DNA of 64,000 nucleotides from an uncultured Chitinophaga sp. (GCA_964404825.1 CAYOLQ010000007.1:2346-66345); one strand, 5' to 3'; shown: positions 18,603 to 28,312, counted from the first letter of the stretch. Notes: generated by a model from the sequence alone, not told the origin. Numbers and translations are program-made.

Positions 18603-19889
18603 ATGAAGGTATTGATGTTCGGTTGGGAATTTCCACCACATATTTCAGGTGGCCTTGGAACTGCTTCTTATGGTCTTACCAAAGGAATGAGCAAAATCCC
18701 CGGAATGCAAATAAAATTTGTCGTTCCAAAAGCATATGGAGATGAAGACCAAAGCCGCATGCGGATTGTAGGTGCAAATGATATAGTTATAAGCAAAAGA
18801 CTTGTAAATTATGAGTCATTCCTTAGAGAAATTGAGTATGTTGAAATTAATTCCAGAATTGTTCCCTATACCGATCCTGATGAATATTACACAGCCGTAA
18901 AAGAAGCTAAAGAAGAAGGACGACCATTTATCTATACAAATTTCAGGGGGAAAATCCCCTTTACCGGAAAATATGGAGGAAATCTGTATCAGGAGATAGC
19001 TAATTATGCAGTGATAGCATCTGTTCTGGCTGAAGAAAACGATTTTGATGTAATACATGCACACGACTGGCTTACTTTCCCTGCCGGAATTGCAGCTAAG
19101 AGAGTTTCAGGAAAACCATTGGTAATACATGTTCATGCTACCGATTTCGATCGAAGCGGAGGAAGTGTTAATCCTGCTGTATTCGATATAGAAATGAAAG
19201 GAATGAGGAATGCGGATAAAATTATAGCAGTTTCCAATCTCACTCGAAACACAATCATTGAGAAATATGGGATCAGTCCGGATAAAGTTGTAACAGTTCA
19301 TAATGCCGTTGAGCCTCTGCAAGAGTCTGAAAAACTAATGCTGGGGAAAAATATTAATGATAAGATTGTAACATTTTTAGGAAGAGTTACCTTACAAAAA
19401 GGACCTGAATATTTTGTTGAGGCAGCATACAAAGTCCTTCAGAAAATGGATAATGTTCGTTTTGTCATGGCTGGTAGCGGGGAATTGCTGAACCGTATGA
19501 TTATGCGTGCAGCATCTTTGCGGATTGCAAATAAATTCCACTTTACGGGATTCTTAAAAGGAGATGATGTATACCGAATGTTTTCAATAAGTGATGTTTA
19601 TGTTATGCCTTCTGTTTCTGAGCCTTTTGGGATTTCACCCCTCGAAGCCATGCAATCAAATGTTCCGGTAATCATATCTCACCAGTCCGGAGTTTCTGAA
19701 GTATTGCAATACGCTATGAAGGTTGATTTCTGGGATATTGACGCTATGGCTGATGCAATTTATGGATTGCTTAACTACAGCGCTTTGTCGGATATGTTTA
19801 AAATCTATGGAAAGGAAGAAGTTGAGAATATGAAATGGGAAAACTCGGCAATTAAAGTAAATGAAGTATATCATTCAGTTGTAAAATAA
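18603..19889 (+). CDS. GT-B retaining glycosyltransferase (GT4/GT5-like, putative alpha-glucan synthase)
   Basis: 428 aa. The N-terminus MKVLMFGWEFPPHISGGLGTA resembles archaeal-type glycogen synthases. The C-terminal Glycos_transf_1 motif is VMPSVSEPFGISPLEAM. Confidence 0.7.
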   Translation: MKVLMFGWEFPPHISGGLGTASYGLTKGMSKIPGMQIKFVVPKAYGDEDQSRMRIVGANDIVISKRLVNYESFLREIEYVEINSRIVPYTDPDEYYTAVKEAKEEGRPFIYTNFRGKIPFTGKYGGNLYQEIANYAVIASVLAEENDFDVIHAHDWLTFPAGIAAKRVSGKPLVIHVHATDFDRSGGSVNPAVFDIEMKGMRNADKIIAVSNLTRNTIIEKYGISPDKVVTVHNAVEPLQESEKLMLGKNINDKIVTFLGRVTLQKGPEYFVEAAYKVLQKMDNVRFVMAGSGELLNRMIMRAASLRIANKFHFTGFLKGDDVYRMFSISDVYVMPSVSEPFGISPLEAMQSNVPVIISHQSGVSEVLQYAMKVDFWDIDAMADAIYGLLNYSALSDMFKIYGKEEVENMKWENSAIKVNEVYHSVVK

Positions 19890-19914
19890 CCAGAGTAAAA
19901 AGTAACAGTGTACC

Positions 19915-21360
19915 ATGAGAACAATATGTTTATACTTTCAGATTCACCAGCCTTTCCGGTTCAGGAAATATCGTTTTTTTGATATTGGCAGCGAGCATTA
20001 TTATTACGACGATTACATGAACGAAAGCATCATGAGAAAAGTCGCTGATAAGTGTTATTTGCCTGCAAATAAAATTATGCTGGATCTGATCAAAAAGCAT
20101 GAGGGTAAGTTTAAAATTGCTTTTTCTATTTCAGGAACTGCTATTGACCAGTTTGAACTTTATGCACCTGAGGTTATTGATAGTTTTAAAAAATTGGCTA
20201 ATACCGGATGTGTCGAATTCCTGTCTGAAACCTATTCTCATAGTTTAGCCTCCCTTTCAAATCGCGAAGAATTCGAAAAGCAGGTAGTTAAACATAAATT
20301 AAAAATAAAGGAGCTTTTTAAAACAGAACCTGTTGTTTTCAGAAATACTGAATTAATCTATTCCGATCAAATTGGAGCAATGGTTGCCGATATGGGTTAC
20401 AAAGCCATGATTACTGAAGGCGCCAAGCATGTTCTGGGATGGAAGAGCCCAAATTTTCTGTATTATAATGCTATTAATCCTAAACTTAAGGTATTATTGA
20501 AAAACTTCAAGCTCAGCGATGATATTGCTTTTCGTTTCTCCAATAAATCATGGGCAGAATATCCCCTTACAGCTGAAAAATTTGTTTCATGGATTAAGGC
20601 CATAGATAAAAACGAGGAAACAGTGAATCTTTTTATGGATTACGAAACATTTGGAGAACATCAGTGGGCTGAGACAGGAATTTTTGAGTTTCTTAAAGCT
20701 CTTCCTTCCGCTGTATTTAAAAGTACCAAGTTTAAGTTCAGTACCCCTTCTGAGGTAGTTAATACCCTTCAACCCGTTGCACCCGTTCATGTACCCCATG
20801 CAATATCCTGGGCTGATGAGGAAAGAGATCTCACTGCCTGGCTGGGTAATGAACTCCAATGGCAGGCATTTGGAAAGCTTTATGAACTGCAGGAAAAGGT
20901 GAAAATTGCCAATGACTCAAAACTGCAAAAAGACTTTGAGTATTTCCAGGTAAGTGATCATTTTTACTATATGAGCACAAAATTTTTCTCTGATGGTGAA
21001 GTCCACTCATACTTTAATCCTTATGATAGCCCATACGATGCTTTTATAAATTATATGAATATTCTAAGTGATTTTGAAATACGATTAAACAGTCTTCAAT
21101 CAGATGATAGCAATTTCGAAGTGAATCGGCTAAGTAAATTGCTGAAAGAAAAAGAAGAATTAATAATACAATACGCTAATCAGCTTAATACTGCAGGGAA
21201 AGTTAAGAAAACCTCACAGAAAATACCGGTGAGCGTTGGAACGACTAAAAAAGCTGTTAATAAGAAAAGTCAGGTAAAGGAACCCGGTACAAAAAAAAGT
21301 TCTCCGGTTCAAAAGCAGGATTTTAAGAAAACCACAAAACCAAGGGGTGGTAAAAAATAA
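19915..21360 (+). CDS. GH57-family alpha-glucan-active enzyme with Lys-rich C-terminal tail
   Basis: 481 aa. CLYFQIHQPFRFRKY and MDYETFGEHQW are GH57-type motifs. The last ~55 aa are KVKKTSQKIPVSVGTTKKAVNKKSQVKEPGTKKSSPVQKQDFKKTTKPRGGKK. Confidence 0.8.
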   Translation: MRTICLYFQIHQPFRFRKYRFFDIGSEHYYYDDYMNESIMRKVADKCYLPANKIMLDLIKKHEGKFKIAFSISGTAIDQFELYAPEVIDSFKKLANTGCVEFLSETYSHSLASLSNREEFEKQVVKHKLKIKELFKTEPVVFRNTELIYSDQIGAMVADMGYKAMITEGAKHVLGWKSPNFLYYNAINPKLKVLLKNFKLSDDIAFRFSNKSWAEYPLTAEKFVSWIKAIDKNEETVNLFMDYETFGEHQWAETGIFEFLKALPSAVFKSTKFKFSTPSEVVNTLQPVAPVHVPHAISWADEERDLTAWLGNELQWQAFGKLYELQEKVKIANDSKLQKDFEYFQVSDHFYYMSTKFFSDGEVHSYFNPYDSPYDAFINYMNILSDFEIRLNSLQSDDSNFEVNRLSKLLKEKEELIIQYANQLNTAGKVKKTSQKIPVSVGTTKKAVNKKSQVKEPGTKKSSPVQKQDFKKTTKPRGGKK

Positions 21361-21383
21361 TTTTAATTCACATTAGTTATAAT

Positions 21384-24300
21384 ATGATTAAAGAAAGAAT
21401 TAGTCCCAATTATTTATTCGAAGTCAGCTGGGAAGTTTGTAATAAAGTGGGTGGTATTCATACTGTTATTTCAACAAAAGCACTAACACTGCTTAAAGAA
21501 TTTGGTGATAAGTATATTTTACTTGGTCCCGATGTCTGGCGCGATGAAGCCGAACATCCGGAGTTTAACGAAGACCCGAACCTTCTTGCCGGATGGAGGC
21601 AGCAAGCTGCGGTTGAAGGACTGCGTGTGAGGGTGGGTAGATGGAAAATTGCCGGACGACCTTTGGTAATTCTTGTGGATTTCACCACCTTTTTCGCAAG
21701 TAAAGATCAAATATATAGTAAGCTATGGGAAACGTATAAACTCGATTCAATCTCTGGTCAGTGGGATTATATTGAACCTACTTTATTTGGATATGCCACC
21801 GGACAGGTAATTGAAAGTTATTGTAAGTACCACCTCACCCCAAGTGATAAAATAATCGCTCAGTTTCATGAATGGATGACCGGAGCAGGTCTGCTCTATT
21901 TACGTGATGTTCTTCCTCAGGCCGGTACAGTGTTTACAACTCACGCAACTGTCATTGGACGATCCATTGCCGGAAATCTTCTCCCTCTGTATAGCAAAAT
22001 GAAGGAATATAACGGAGATGTGAAGGCAACAGAGTTTAACCTGGCTGCTAAACAATCCATTGAAAAAATATCTGCACGTTATGCCGATGCTTTTACTACA
22101 GTAAGCGAACTTACAGCGCATGAATGTGAACAGTTTTTGCAAAAAGAGGTTGATCTGGTAACCCCAAACGGCTTTGAAGATGGTTTTGTACCCGACCATG
22201 CAAGCTTTAATTCCAAGCGCAAAGCAGCCAGAAAGAAAATTCTTGAAGTTGCCGGAGCCTTGCTTGGTGAGACGTTTGGAGATGATACCTTTCTGGTGGC
22301 AAACAGCGGTAGATACGAGTTTAAAAATAAGGGAATCGACCTTTTTGTTGACTCTCTTGGAAAGCTTAAACAAGGAAATTCATTAGATAAAACGCTCCTT
22401 GCATTTATACTTATTCCGGCAAATCATTACGGTCCGCGTAAAGACCTTCTTGAAAAACTCGAAGGTAAGGCTGTTGAAATTATTGGTGAAAATTATCTGA
22501 CACATAATCTGCATTATGCAGAAAGCGATCCAAGCCTGAGCCGAATTAAAGCTGCCGGAATCAATAATCAGAAAGGCGATAGTGTCCGGGTCATATTCGT
22601 ACCATCATACCTTAATGGTTTTGACGGGATCTTTAATAAGGAGTATTACGAACTGCTCATAGGTTTTGATCTTACCGTTTTCCCTTCTTATTACGAGCCA
22701 TGGGGGTATACCCCGCTTGAAAGTCTTGCATTCCATATCCCAACCATTACTACAAGCCTTGCAGGTTTTGGACTCTGGGTAAGAGATAATTATAAAGATC
22801 CCGGTAACGGAATTTTTGTAATAAACCGGGATGATTATAATGACGCGGAAGTGGTAGATGGCATATGTGAAGCCATCCGCATTATGGATTCTCTTCCCCC
22901 AAAAGCGTTAAAAGAAGCCCGGGATAAGGCATTTGACATTTCACGTATAGCTTTGTGGACGAATCAGGTTGATTATTATTATAAAGCATTTGATGTTGCC
23001 CTGACCAAAGTGATGGAACGTGTCGACACATTTGTTGAACACGAAAGAGTTGAACAATTGCCTCAGATAGAGGTTAATCTGGGAGCCACTCCTGTTTGGA
23101 AAAGAGTTATTGTTCAGCAAAGTTTACCTGAAAATTTGCAAGCACTTGAAGAATTAAGTAAAAATCTTTGGTGGTGCTGGAATCAGGATGCAATTGAACT
23201 TTTTAAATCTATTGATCCGTCATTATGGAAAGAAACTGCTGAAAATCCTGTTGAGCTTTTGGAAAGAATTCCGTTTAACAGGCTTGATAATCTTCATAAA
23301 GATAAAGAATTCTTATCACGCCTCCTGAGCGTACATAACCATTTTACTGCCTATATGTCTGAGAAACCTAAAGAAGGTCCTACAGTAGGCTACTTTAGCA
23401 TGGAGTTTGGTTTGCACGATTCACTTAAGATATATTCCGGAGGACTTGGCCTTCTTGCCGGTGATTACCTCAAAGAGGCAAGTGATTATAATTACAAAAT
23501 AATAGGAATTGGATTTCTCTACCGGTATGGGTATTTTAAACAGCTTATGTCTGTTGCCGGCGAACAATTATCAGTAACAGAGAAGCAGGTTTTTTCAAAA
23601 ACACCTGCGCAGCCAGTTTTTGAAGAAAACGGAGATTTCAAGAAAATCCGTATAGTGTTACCCGGCCGCGACTTAATTGCACGTATCTGGCAGGTAAATG
23701 TTGGCAGGGTTAAGCTGTTTCTTCTTGATACGGATATCGATGAGAATCAGGAAAGTGATCGCTCCATTACTCATCAGTTATATGGAGGGGATAATGAAAA
23801 TCGTCTCAAGCAGGAAATACTTCTTGGAATTGGTGGAATCAGGGCATTGAGGGCACTTGGGCTGGAACCGGATATTTATCATTGCAATGAAGGACATGCC
23901 GCCTTTATTGGACTTGAAAGATTACGTGAGTATATTCAACTCAAAAATCACACTTACCCCGAAGCACTCGAGATTGTAAGGTCTTCCTCTTTGTTTACAA
24001 CTCACACACCTGTACCTGCTGGACATGATTATTTTAGTGAGGATCTTATGCGTGCATATATTGCTCATTATCCTACGCGTCTCAAAATTACCTGGAACCA
24101 ACTGATGAATCTGGGAAAAATGCATCCGAACTCGGGAAGCGAAAAGTTCTCAATGAGTTGCCTTGCTGTTAATCTTTCTCAGGAAGTTAACGGAGTCTCC
24201 AGACTTCATGGAAAAGTAAGCAGGGATATGTTTGCCGATATGTGGAGCGGATACCTTACAGAGGAAATACCTATTGGTTACGTAACAAACGGAGTTCATA

Positions 24301-25625
24301 TTCCCACCTGGATCTCAAAAAGATGGAAAGAGCTTTATCATCAGGAACTCGATTCGGAGTTTTACAAAAAGCAGGACGACCGCTCGATGTGGGCAAAAAT
24401 AAACAATGTCGATCAGGCTGTAATCTGGAATATCAAGAATCAGGAAAGGAAAGATCTCATTGATTTTATTAATGACGCAATTGTTTCAAACTCTCTTAAA
24501 TCATACGAAGATCCCCGAACCATTGTAGAAATTCAGGAGAAGCTTAACCCCAATGCACTGACAATAGGTTTTGCCAGAAGATTTGCTACCTACAAAAGGG
24601 CGCACCTGCTTTTCATGGATCTCAAAAGATTAGCTGAAATAGTGAATAATCCGTTTATGCCGGTTCAGATATTTTTTGCCGGTAAAGCGCATCCTCAGGA
24701 CAAGATGGGGGCTGACCTGATAAAAATGATTGTTGAGATCTCCCGGAAACCCGAATTTATTGGAAAAATTCTTTTTCTGCCCGGATACGAAATTGCACTG
24801 GCAAAAAAACTTTTGCACGGCGTTGATATATGGATGAATACTCCTACACGACCTCTTGAAGCTTCGGGCACCAGTGGAGAGAAGGCAGTTATGAACGGAG
24901 ATCTCCATTTTAGTGTCCTTGACGGCTGGTGGGCAGAAGGATACAAAAAGGATGCCGGCTGGGCTTTAGATGAAGAAAGAGCCTATGATAATCAGACATT
25001 TCAGGATCAGCTTGATGCCGAGACTATCTATAACCTTATTGAATCGGAAATTACACCCGCATTCTACAAGCGCGATTCACGAGGAGTTCCAACGGCCTGG
25101 GTAAGCATGATACAGAAATCGATTACCGAAGTGTGTCCGGAATTTACTATGAACCGTCAGTTGCAGGATTATATAAAGCAATATTATGAGCCCTTGTACA
25201 AAAGGACACTGAAAATGAGGGAGAAGGATTATGATTTGGCCTCCGTTATTGCTTGCTGGAAAAAGAAGATCCTCAATTCATGGAATGATATTGAAATTGT
25301 ATCGATTAATTATCCTCAGATGGATAACCAGATAGTCTGCCTTGGTAATCATTATTTTTCCAAAATTGTTCTGGATCTTAAATCATTAAGATCTGAAGAA
25401 ATTGGGGTTGAACTTGTTGTTGCTGAATTGGAAACAAAAAGCAAAAAGCCCCAAATCCTCGAGAAGAAGGAGTTTATCTTTACCAGTAAGGAGGGATCGA
25501 AAGCTACTTATGAAATCGAATTCTCACCAACCAAACCCGGGATTTTCGATTTTGGAATCAGAATTTATCCGAAGAACAAACACCTTGCACACAGGCAGGA
25601 ATTGCCACTTCTGCGCTGGATATAA
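21384..25625 (+). CDS. Fusion protein: GT3 (eukaryote-type) glycogen synthase + DUF3417/GT35 alpha-glucan phosphorylase
   Basis: 1413 aa in one uninterrupted frame. The N-terminal half has LFEVSWEVCNKVGGIHTVISTKA and FPSYYEPWGYTPLES (GT3). From about aa 570 come LWWCWNQDA, YFSMEFGLHDSLKIYSGGLGLLAGDYLKEASD and EASGTSGEKAVMNG (GT35). The putative PLP lysine codon is at 24882-24884. Confidence 0.85.
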   Translation: MIKERISPNYLFEVSWEVCNKVGGIHTVISTKALTLLKEFGDKYILLGPDVWRDEAEHPEFNEDPNLLAGWRQQAAVEGLRVRVGRWKIAGRPLVILVDFTTFFASKDQIYSKLWETYKLDSISGQWDYIEPTLFGYATGQVIESYCKYHLTPSDKIIAQFHEWMTGAGLLYLRDVLPQAGTVFTTHATVIGRSIAGNLLPLYSKMKEYNGDVKATEFNLAAKQSIEKISARYADAFTTVSELTAHECEQFLQKEVDLVTPNGFEDGFVPDHASFNSKRKAARKKILEVAGALLGETFGDDTFLVANSGRYEFKNKGIDLFVDSLGKLKQGNSLDKTLLAFILIPANHYGPRKDLLEKLEGKAVEIIGENYLTHNLHYAESDPSLSRIKAAGINNQKGDSVRVIFVPSYLNGFDGIFNKEYYELLIGFDLTVFPSYYEPWGYTPLESLAFHIPTITTSLAGFGLWVRDNYKDPGNGIFVINRDDYNDAEVVDGICEAIRIMDSLPPKALKEARDKAFDISRIALWTNQVDYYYKAFDVALTKVMERVDTFVEHERVEQLPQIEVNLGATPVWKRVIVQQSLPENLQALEELSKNLWWCWNQDAIELFKSIDPSLWKETAENPVELLERIPFNRLDNLHKDKEFLSRLLSVHNHFTAYMSEKPKEGPTVGYFSMEFGLHDSLKIYSGGLGLLAGDYLKEASDYNYKIIGIGFLYRYGYFKQLMSVAGEQLSVTEKQVFSKTPAQPVFEENGDFKKIRIVLPGRDLIARIWQVNVGRVKLFLLDTDIDENQESDRSITHQLYGGDNENRLKQEILLGIGGIRALRALGLEPDIYHCNEGHAAFIGLERLREYIQLKNHTYPEALEIVRSSSLFTTHTPVPAGHDYFSEDLMRAYIAHYPTRLKITWNQLMNLGKMHPNSGSEKFSMSCLAVNLSQEVNGVSRLHGKVSRDMFADMWSGYLTEEIPIGYVTNGVHIPTWISKRWKELYHQELDSEFYKKQDDRSMWAKINNVDQAVIWNIKNQERKDLIDFINDAIVSNSLKSYEDPRTIVEIQEKLNPNALTIGFARRFATYKRAHLLFMDLKRLAEIVNNPFMPVQIFFAGKAHPQDKMGADLIKMIVEISRKPEFIGKILFLPGYEIALAKKLLHGVDIWMNTPTRPLEASGTSGEKAVMNGDLHFSVLDGWWAEGYKKDAGWALDEERAYDNQTFQDQLDAETIYNLIESEITPAFYKRDSRGVPTAWVSMIQKSITEVCPEFTMNRQLQDYIKQYYEPLYKRTLKMREKDYDLASVIACWKKKILNSWNDIEIVSINYPQMDNQIVCLGNHYFSKIVLDLKSLRSEEIGVELVVAELETKSKKPQILEKKEFIFTSKEGSKATYEIEFSPTKPGIFDFGIRIYPKNKHLAHRQELPLLRWI

Positions 25626-25628
25626 ATA

Positions 25629-27647
25629 TCAGGGAGTGTCGTACACTCCCTTAATTTTTTCCTTCTTCAATACAAGAGCCGTACGTGAAGGAAGGTATAA
25701 TCTGAGGTGATTTCCCGGTAAACCTACCTTGCCGGAGAGAGTACGATAGCTTATAGTATGATCAATACGACCCTGACCACCAAAAATTATATCATCAGTA
25801 TCCAATACTATCTTGTATTTTGAGGGAGAAGCATTTAAACCGTAATCAGGGTATGAATGTACCGGACTGAAATTAAAGGCAAAATACATATCATCCCTCT
25901 CAAATCCCAATACCTGACCATTTTGGTTATCATGAAATAGTCTGGGAGATTCTCCCCTGAAAATGTGACTTTTACGAAATAGTCTGATCATTTGCCTGTC
26001 GAATTCATCAAGAAAGCCAAAGCGCAGAAGTTTATTGCTTGCCAGACTCCACTGCCGGCGGGCATATTGGTAGGACCAGTTATTTCCTAACCGTGGGAAA
26101 TCAATCCATTCAGGATGTCCGAATTCATTCCCCATAAAATTGAGATAGCCGTTTCCTGAAGTTGCAAGAGTAAGTAAGCGTATCATTTTATGGAGGGCAA
26201 TTCCGCGGTCGACTTCCAGATTTCGGGAAAGTTTATCCATACTGAAATACATCTCTTTACCAATAAGTCTGAAGATTATTGTCTGATCGCCTACCAGCGC
26301 CTGATCATGTGATTCAGCATATCCTATAGTTTTTTCTTCAACCCTTTTATTTGTGAGTTCGTAATACATTTCACTTACATTCCATTTTTCATCTGCCTTC
26401 TCTTTGATTATCCTAATCCAGTAATCTGGTGTACCCATAGCCATCCGGTAATCAAAGCCCAGACCACCATCAGTTAATTTTGCAGCAAGACCAGGGTATC
26501 CCGACATTTCCTCAGCAATTGAAAGAGCTTCAGGATCATTCTCATGTATAAGTGCATTTGCAAGACCAAGGTAACAGATGGCATCCTCATCCTGATTATT
26601 GTCGAAATACATACTATAGTTCGTAAAATCACGGCTCAGCCCATGATCGTAATAAAGCATAGAAGTGACTCCGTCGAATCGAAAACCATCGAATCGGTAC
26701 TCTTTTTGCCAGAATTGAATGTTGGATAAGAGAAAATGAAGCACCTCATGTTTTCCATAGTTGTAACAAAGCGAATCCCATGCAACATGTTCCCTCTTTG
26801 CTCCGGTATGAAAAAATTGCCAGGGAGAACCATCATAGAGTCCAATGCCTTCATTCTCGTTTCTGACAGCGTGAGAGTGCACAAGGTCCATGATTACTCT
26901 TAATCCGGCGCCATGAGCTTCGTCAATCAGTGCCTTAAGTTCTTCAGGCTCTCCGAAACGGGAGGATGCAGCGAACAAACTGGATACATGGTAACCGAAG
27001 GAACCATAATATGGGTGTTCCTGCACGGCCATCAATTGCAAAGTATTATAGCCGGCTTCTATTACCCGCGGAAGCACTTTTTCCCTGAATTCTTTGTATT
27101 GTCCTACCTTGAAATCTTCGGTAGCCATTCCCACATGGGCTTCATAAATAAAAGGAGGATCATTTTTTAATGGGGCTGAAAATTTCCATTTGAATTCTGT
27201 TTCAGGAAACCACACCTGGGCGGAAAAAAGTTTAGTCTCATCGTCCTGCACAGTGCGCATGGCGTAGGCTGGTATTCGTTCACCATGCCCGCCTGACCAA
27301 TGCATAGAGAGTTTGTATAAATCCTTATGATGAATTTGTTCCGGTTTAAGCAGTAGTTCCCAGTTGCCGTTTTCGAGTCGGGAGAAACGGAATGCATCCG
27401 ATTCTTTCCATTTGTTGAAATCACCGATAAGATAAATTTCAGTTGCATTTGGTGCCCATTCTCTGAAAACCCAATCGCCGGAAATACGGTGGAGTCCGAA
27501 ATACAAATGTCCAGTGGCAAATGAAGAAAGCCTTGCCTCTCCGGCAAGTTCTTCTTTCTTTTGCTGTACTCTTTTCATCCTCTCCTGAATGACTTGAGTA
27601 TACTGTCCAAGCCAGGAGTCTGATTTTACAATACCGGGTACCTTCAT
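25629..27647 (-). CDS. 1,4-alpha-glucan branching enzyme, eukaryote-like GH13 type with N-terminal CBM48-like domain
   Basis: 672 aa. The GH13 conserved regions are DLVHSHAVRN, GFRFDGVTSMLY, IAEEMSGYPG and YAESHDQALVGD, the pattern I associate with the eukaryotic/Bacteroidota GBE subfamily rather than E. coli GlgB. Confidence 0.85.
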   Translation of the reverse strand: MKVPGIVKSDSWLGQYTQVIQERMKRVQQKKEELAGEARLSSFATGHLYFGLHRISGDWVFREWAPNATEIYLIGDFNKWKESDAFRFSRLENGNWELLLKPEQIHHKDLYKLSMHWSGGHGERIPAYAMRTVQDDETKLFSAQVWFPETEFKWKFSAPLKNDPPFIYEAHVGMATEDFKVGQYKEFREKVLPRVIEAGYNTLQLMAVQEHPYYGSFGYHVSSLFAASSRFGEPEELKALIDEAHGAGLRVIMDLVHSHAVRNENEGIGLYDGSPWQFFHTGAKREHVAWDSLCYNYGKHEVLHFLLSNIQFWQKEYRFDGFRFDGVTSMLYYDHGLSRDFTNYSMYFDNNQDEDAICYLGLANALIHENDPEALSIAEEMSGYPGLAAKLTDGGLGFDYRMAMGTPDYWIRIIKEKADEKWNVSEMYYELTNKRVEEKTIGYAESHDQALVGDQTIIFRLIGKEMYFSMDKLSRNLEVDRGIALHKMIRLLTLATSGNGYLNFMGNEFGHPEWIDFPRLGNNWSYQYARRQWSLASNKLLRFGFLDEFDRQMIRLFRKSHIFRGESPRLFHDNQNGQVLGFERDDMYFAFNFSPVHSYPDYGLNASPSKYKIVLDTDDIIFGGQGRIDHTISYRTLSGKVGLPGNHLRLYLPSRTALVLKKEKIKGVYDTP
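25631..25660 (+). terminator. Rho-independent terminator of the glycogen operon, embedded in the 3' coding end of the convergent branching-enzyme gene
   Basis: agggagtgt (25631-25639) pairs with acactccct (25643-25651). The stem is 9 bp with a 3-nt loop and is followed by taatttttt. It starts 6 nt after the TAA at 25623-25625. Confidence 0.7.
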
Positions 27648-27692
27648 GAGAGCTGATTTTCAGGAAGGTAAGTTAGTGAATTTTGGGATTGA

Positions 27693-28202
27693 TTATTCTA
27701 AATTCAGATTAAATGAATTGATAAACCGATCAACCACCACCTCGGAGGGATATTCATTGGATTGTAAAATTCCTATCTGGTACAATCGGTTTCCAACAAT
27801 GAAGTCTTTCAAAACACAAAAAGTTTGTTCATTTCCAGCCTGAAAATAAATACCCTCATAAATGTCCTTGCTTATTGCCCATTCAGTTGCTACTACAAGC
27901 TCAAGACTTGTAAGAAATCCGTTTTTAGCGGATTCCAGAAGTCCCGACTGTTGCATGTGTTCTGCAGGGTATTCGGTATAAGCAATCATCCAGGCAGTAT
28001 AGGCATCTTCATAGATATAGGAAATCATCTGAACTATTCCTAAACCATCAGTTTCGATATCCTGAACCTGCCTGACGGGCTCATAAGGAAAGACAATGGA
28101 AAAAAGATCCTCTTTAACGAGATGTTGCGCACAGGCTATGGCTGAAAGGAATAATATTCCTGAAATAAGTAAAACAGTTTTTTTCATTGGAGTGAGTTTC
28201 AT
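27693..28202 (-). CDS. Hypothetical secreted protein
   Basis: 169 aa with a signal peptide (MKKTVLLISGILFLSAIACAQ; the alternative ATG at 28187 may be the true start). No recognisable motif. It is co-directional with and 45 nt upstream of the branching-enzyme gene. Confidence 0.5.
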   Translation of the reverse strand: MKLTPMKKTVLLISGILFLSAIACAQHLVKEDLFSIVFPYEPVRQVQDIETDGLGIVQMISYIYEDAYTAWMIAYTEYPAEHMQQSGLLESAKNGFLTSLELVVATEWAISKDIYEGIYFQAGNEQTFCVLKDFIVGNRLYQIGILQSNEYPSEVVVDRFINSFNLNLE

Positions 28203-28312
28203 TTAGGATTCATAAATGTATATCACTTTTTTTAGATGGAAGTAATTGTTTATGATTTTTTCACTGAAACTGCCCTTAACCATTTATTTTGCTATTTTTA
28301 CTTTTTTGAAAA

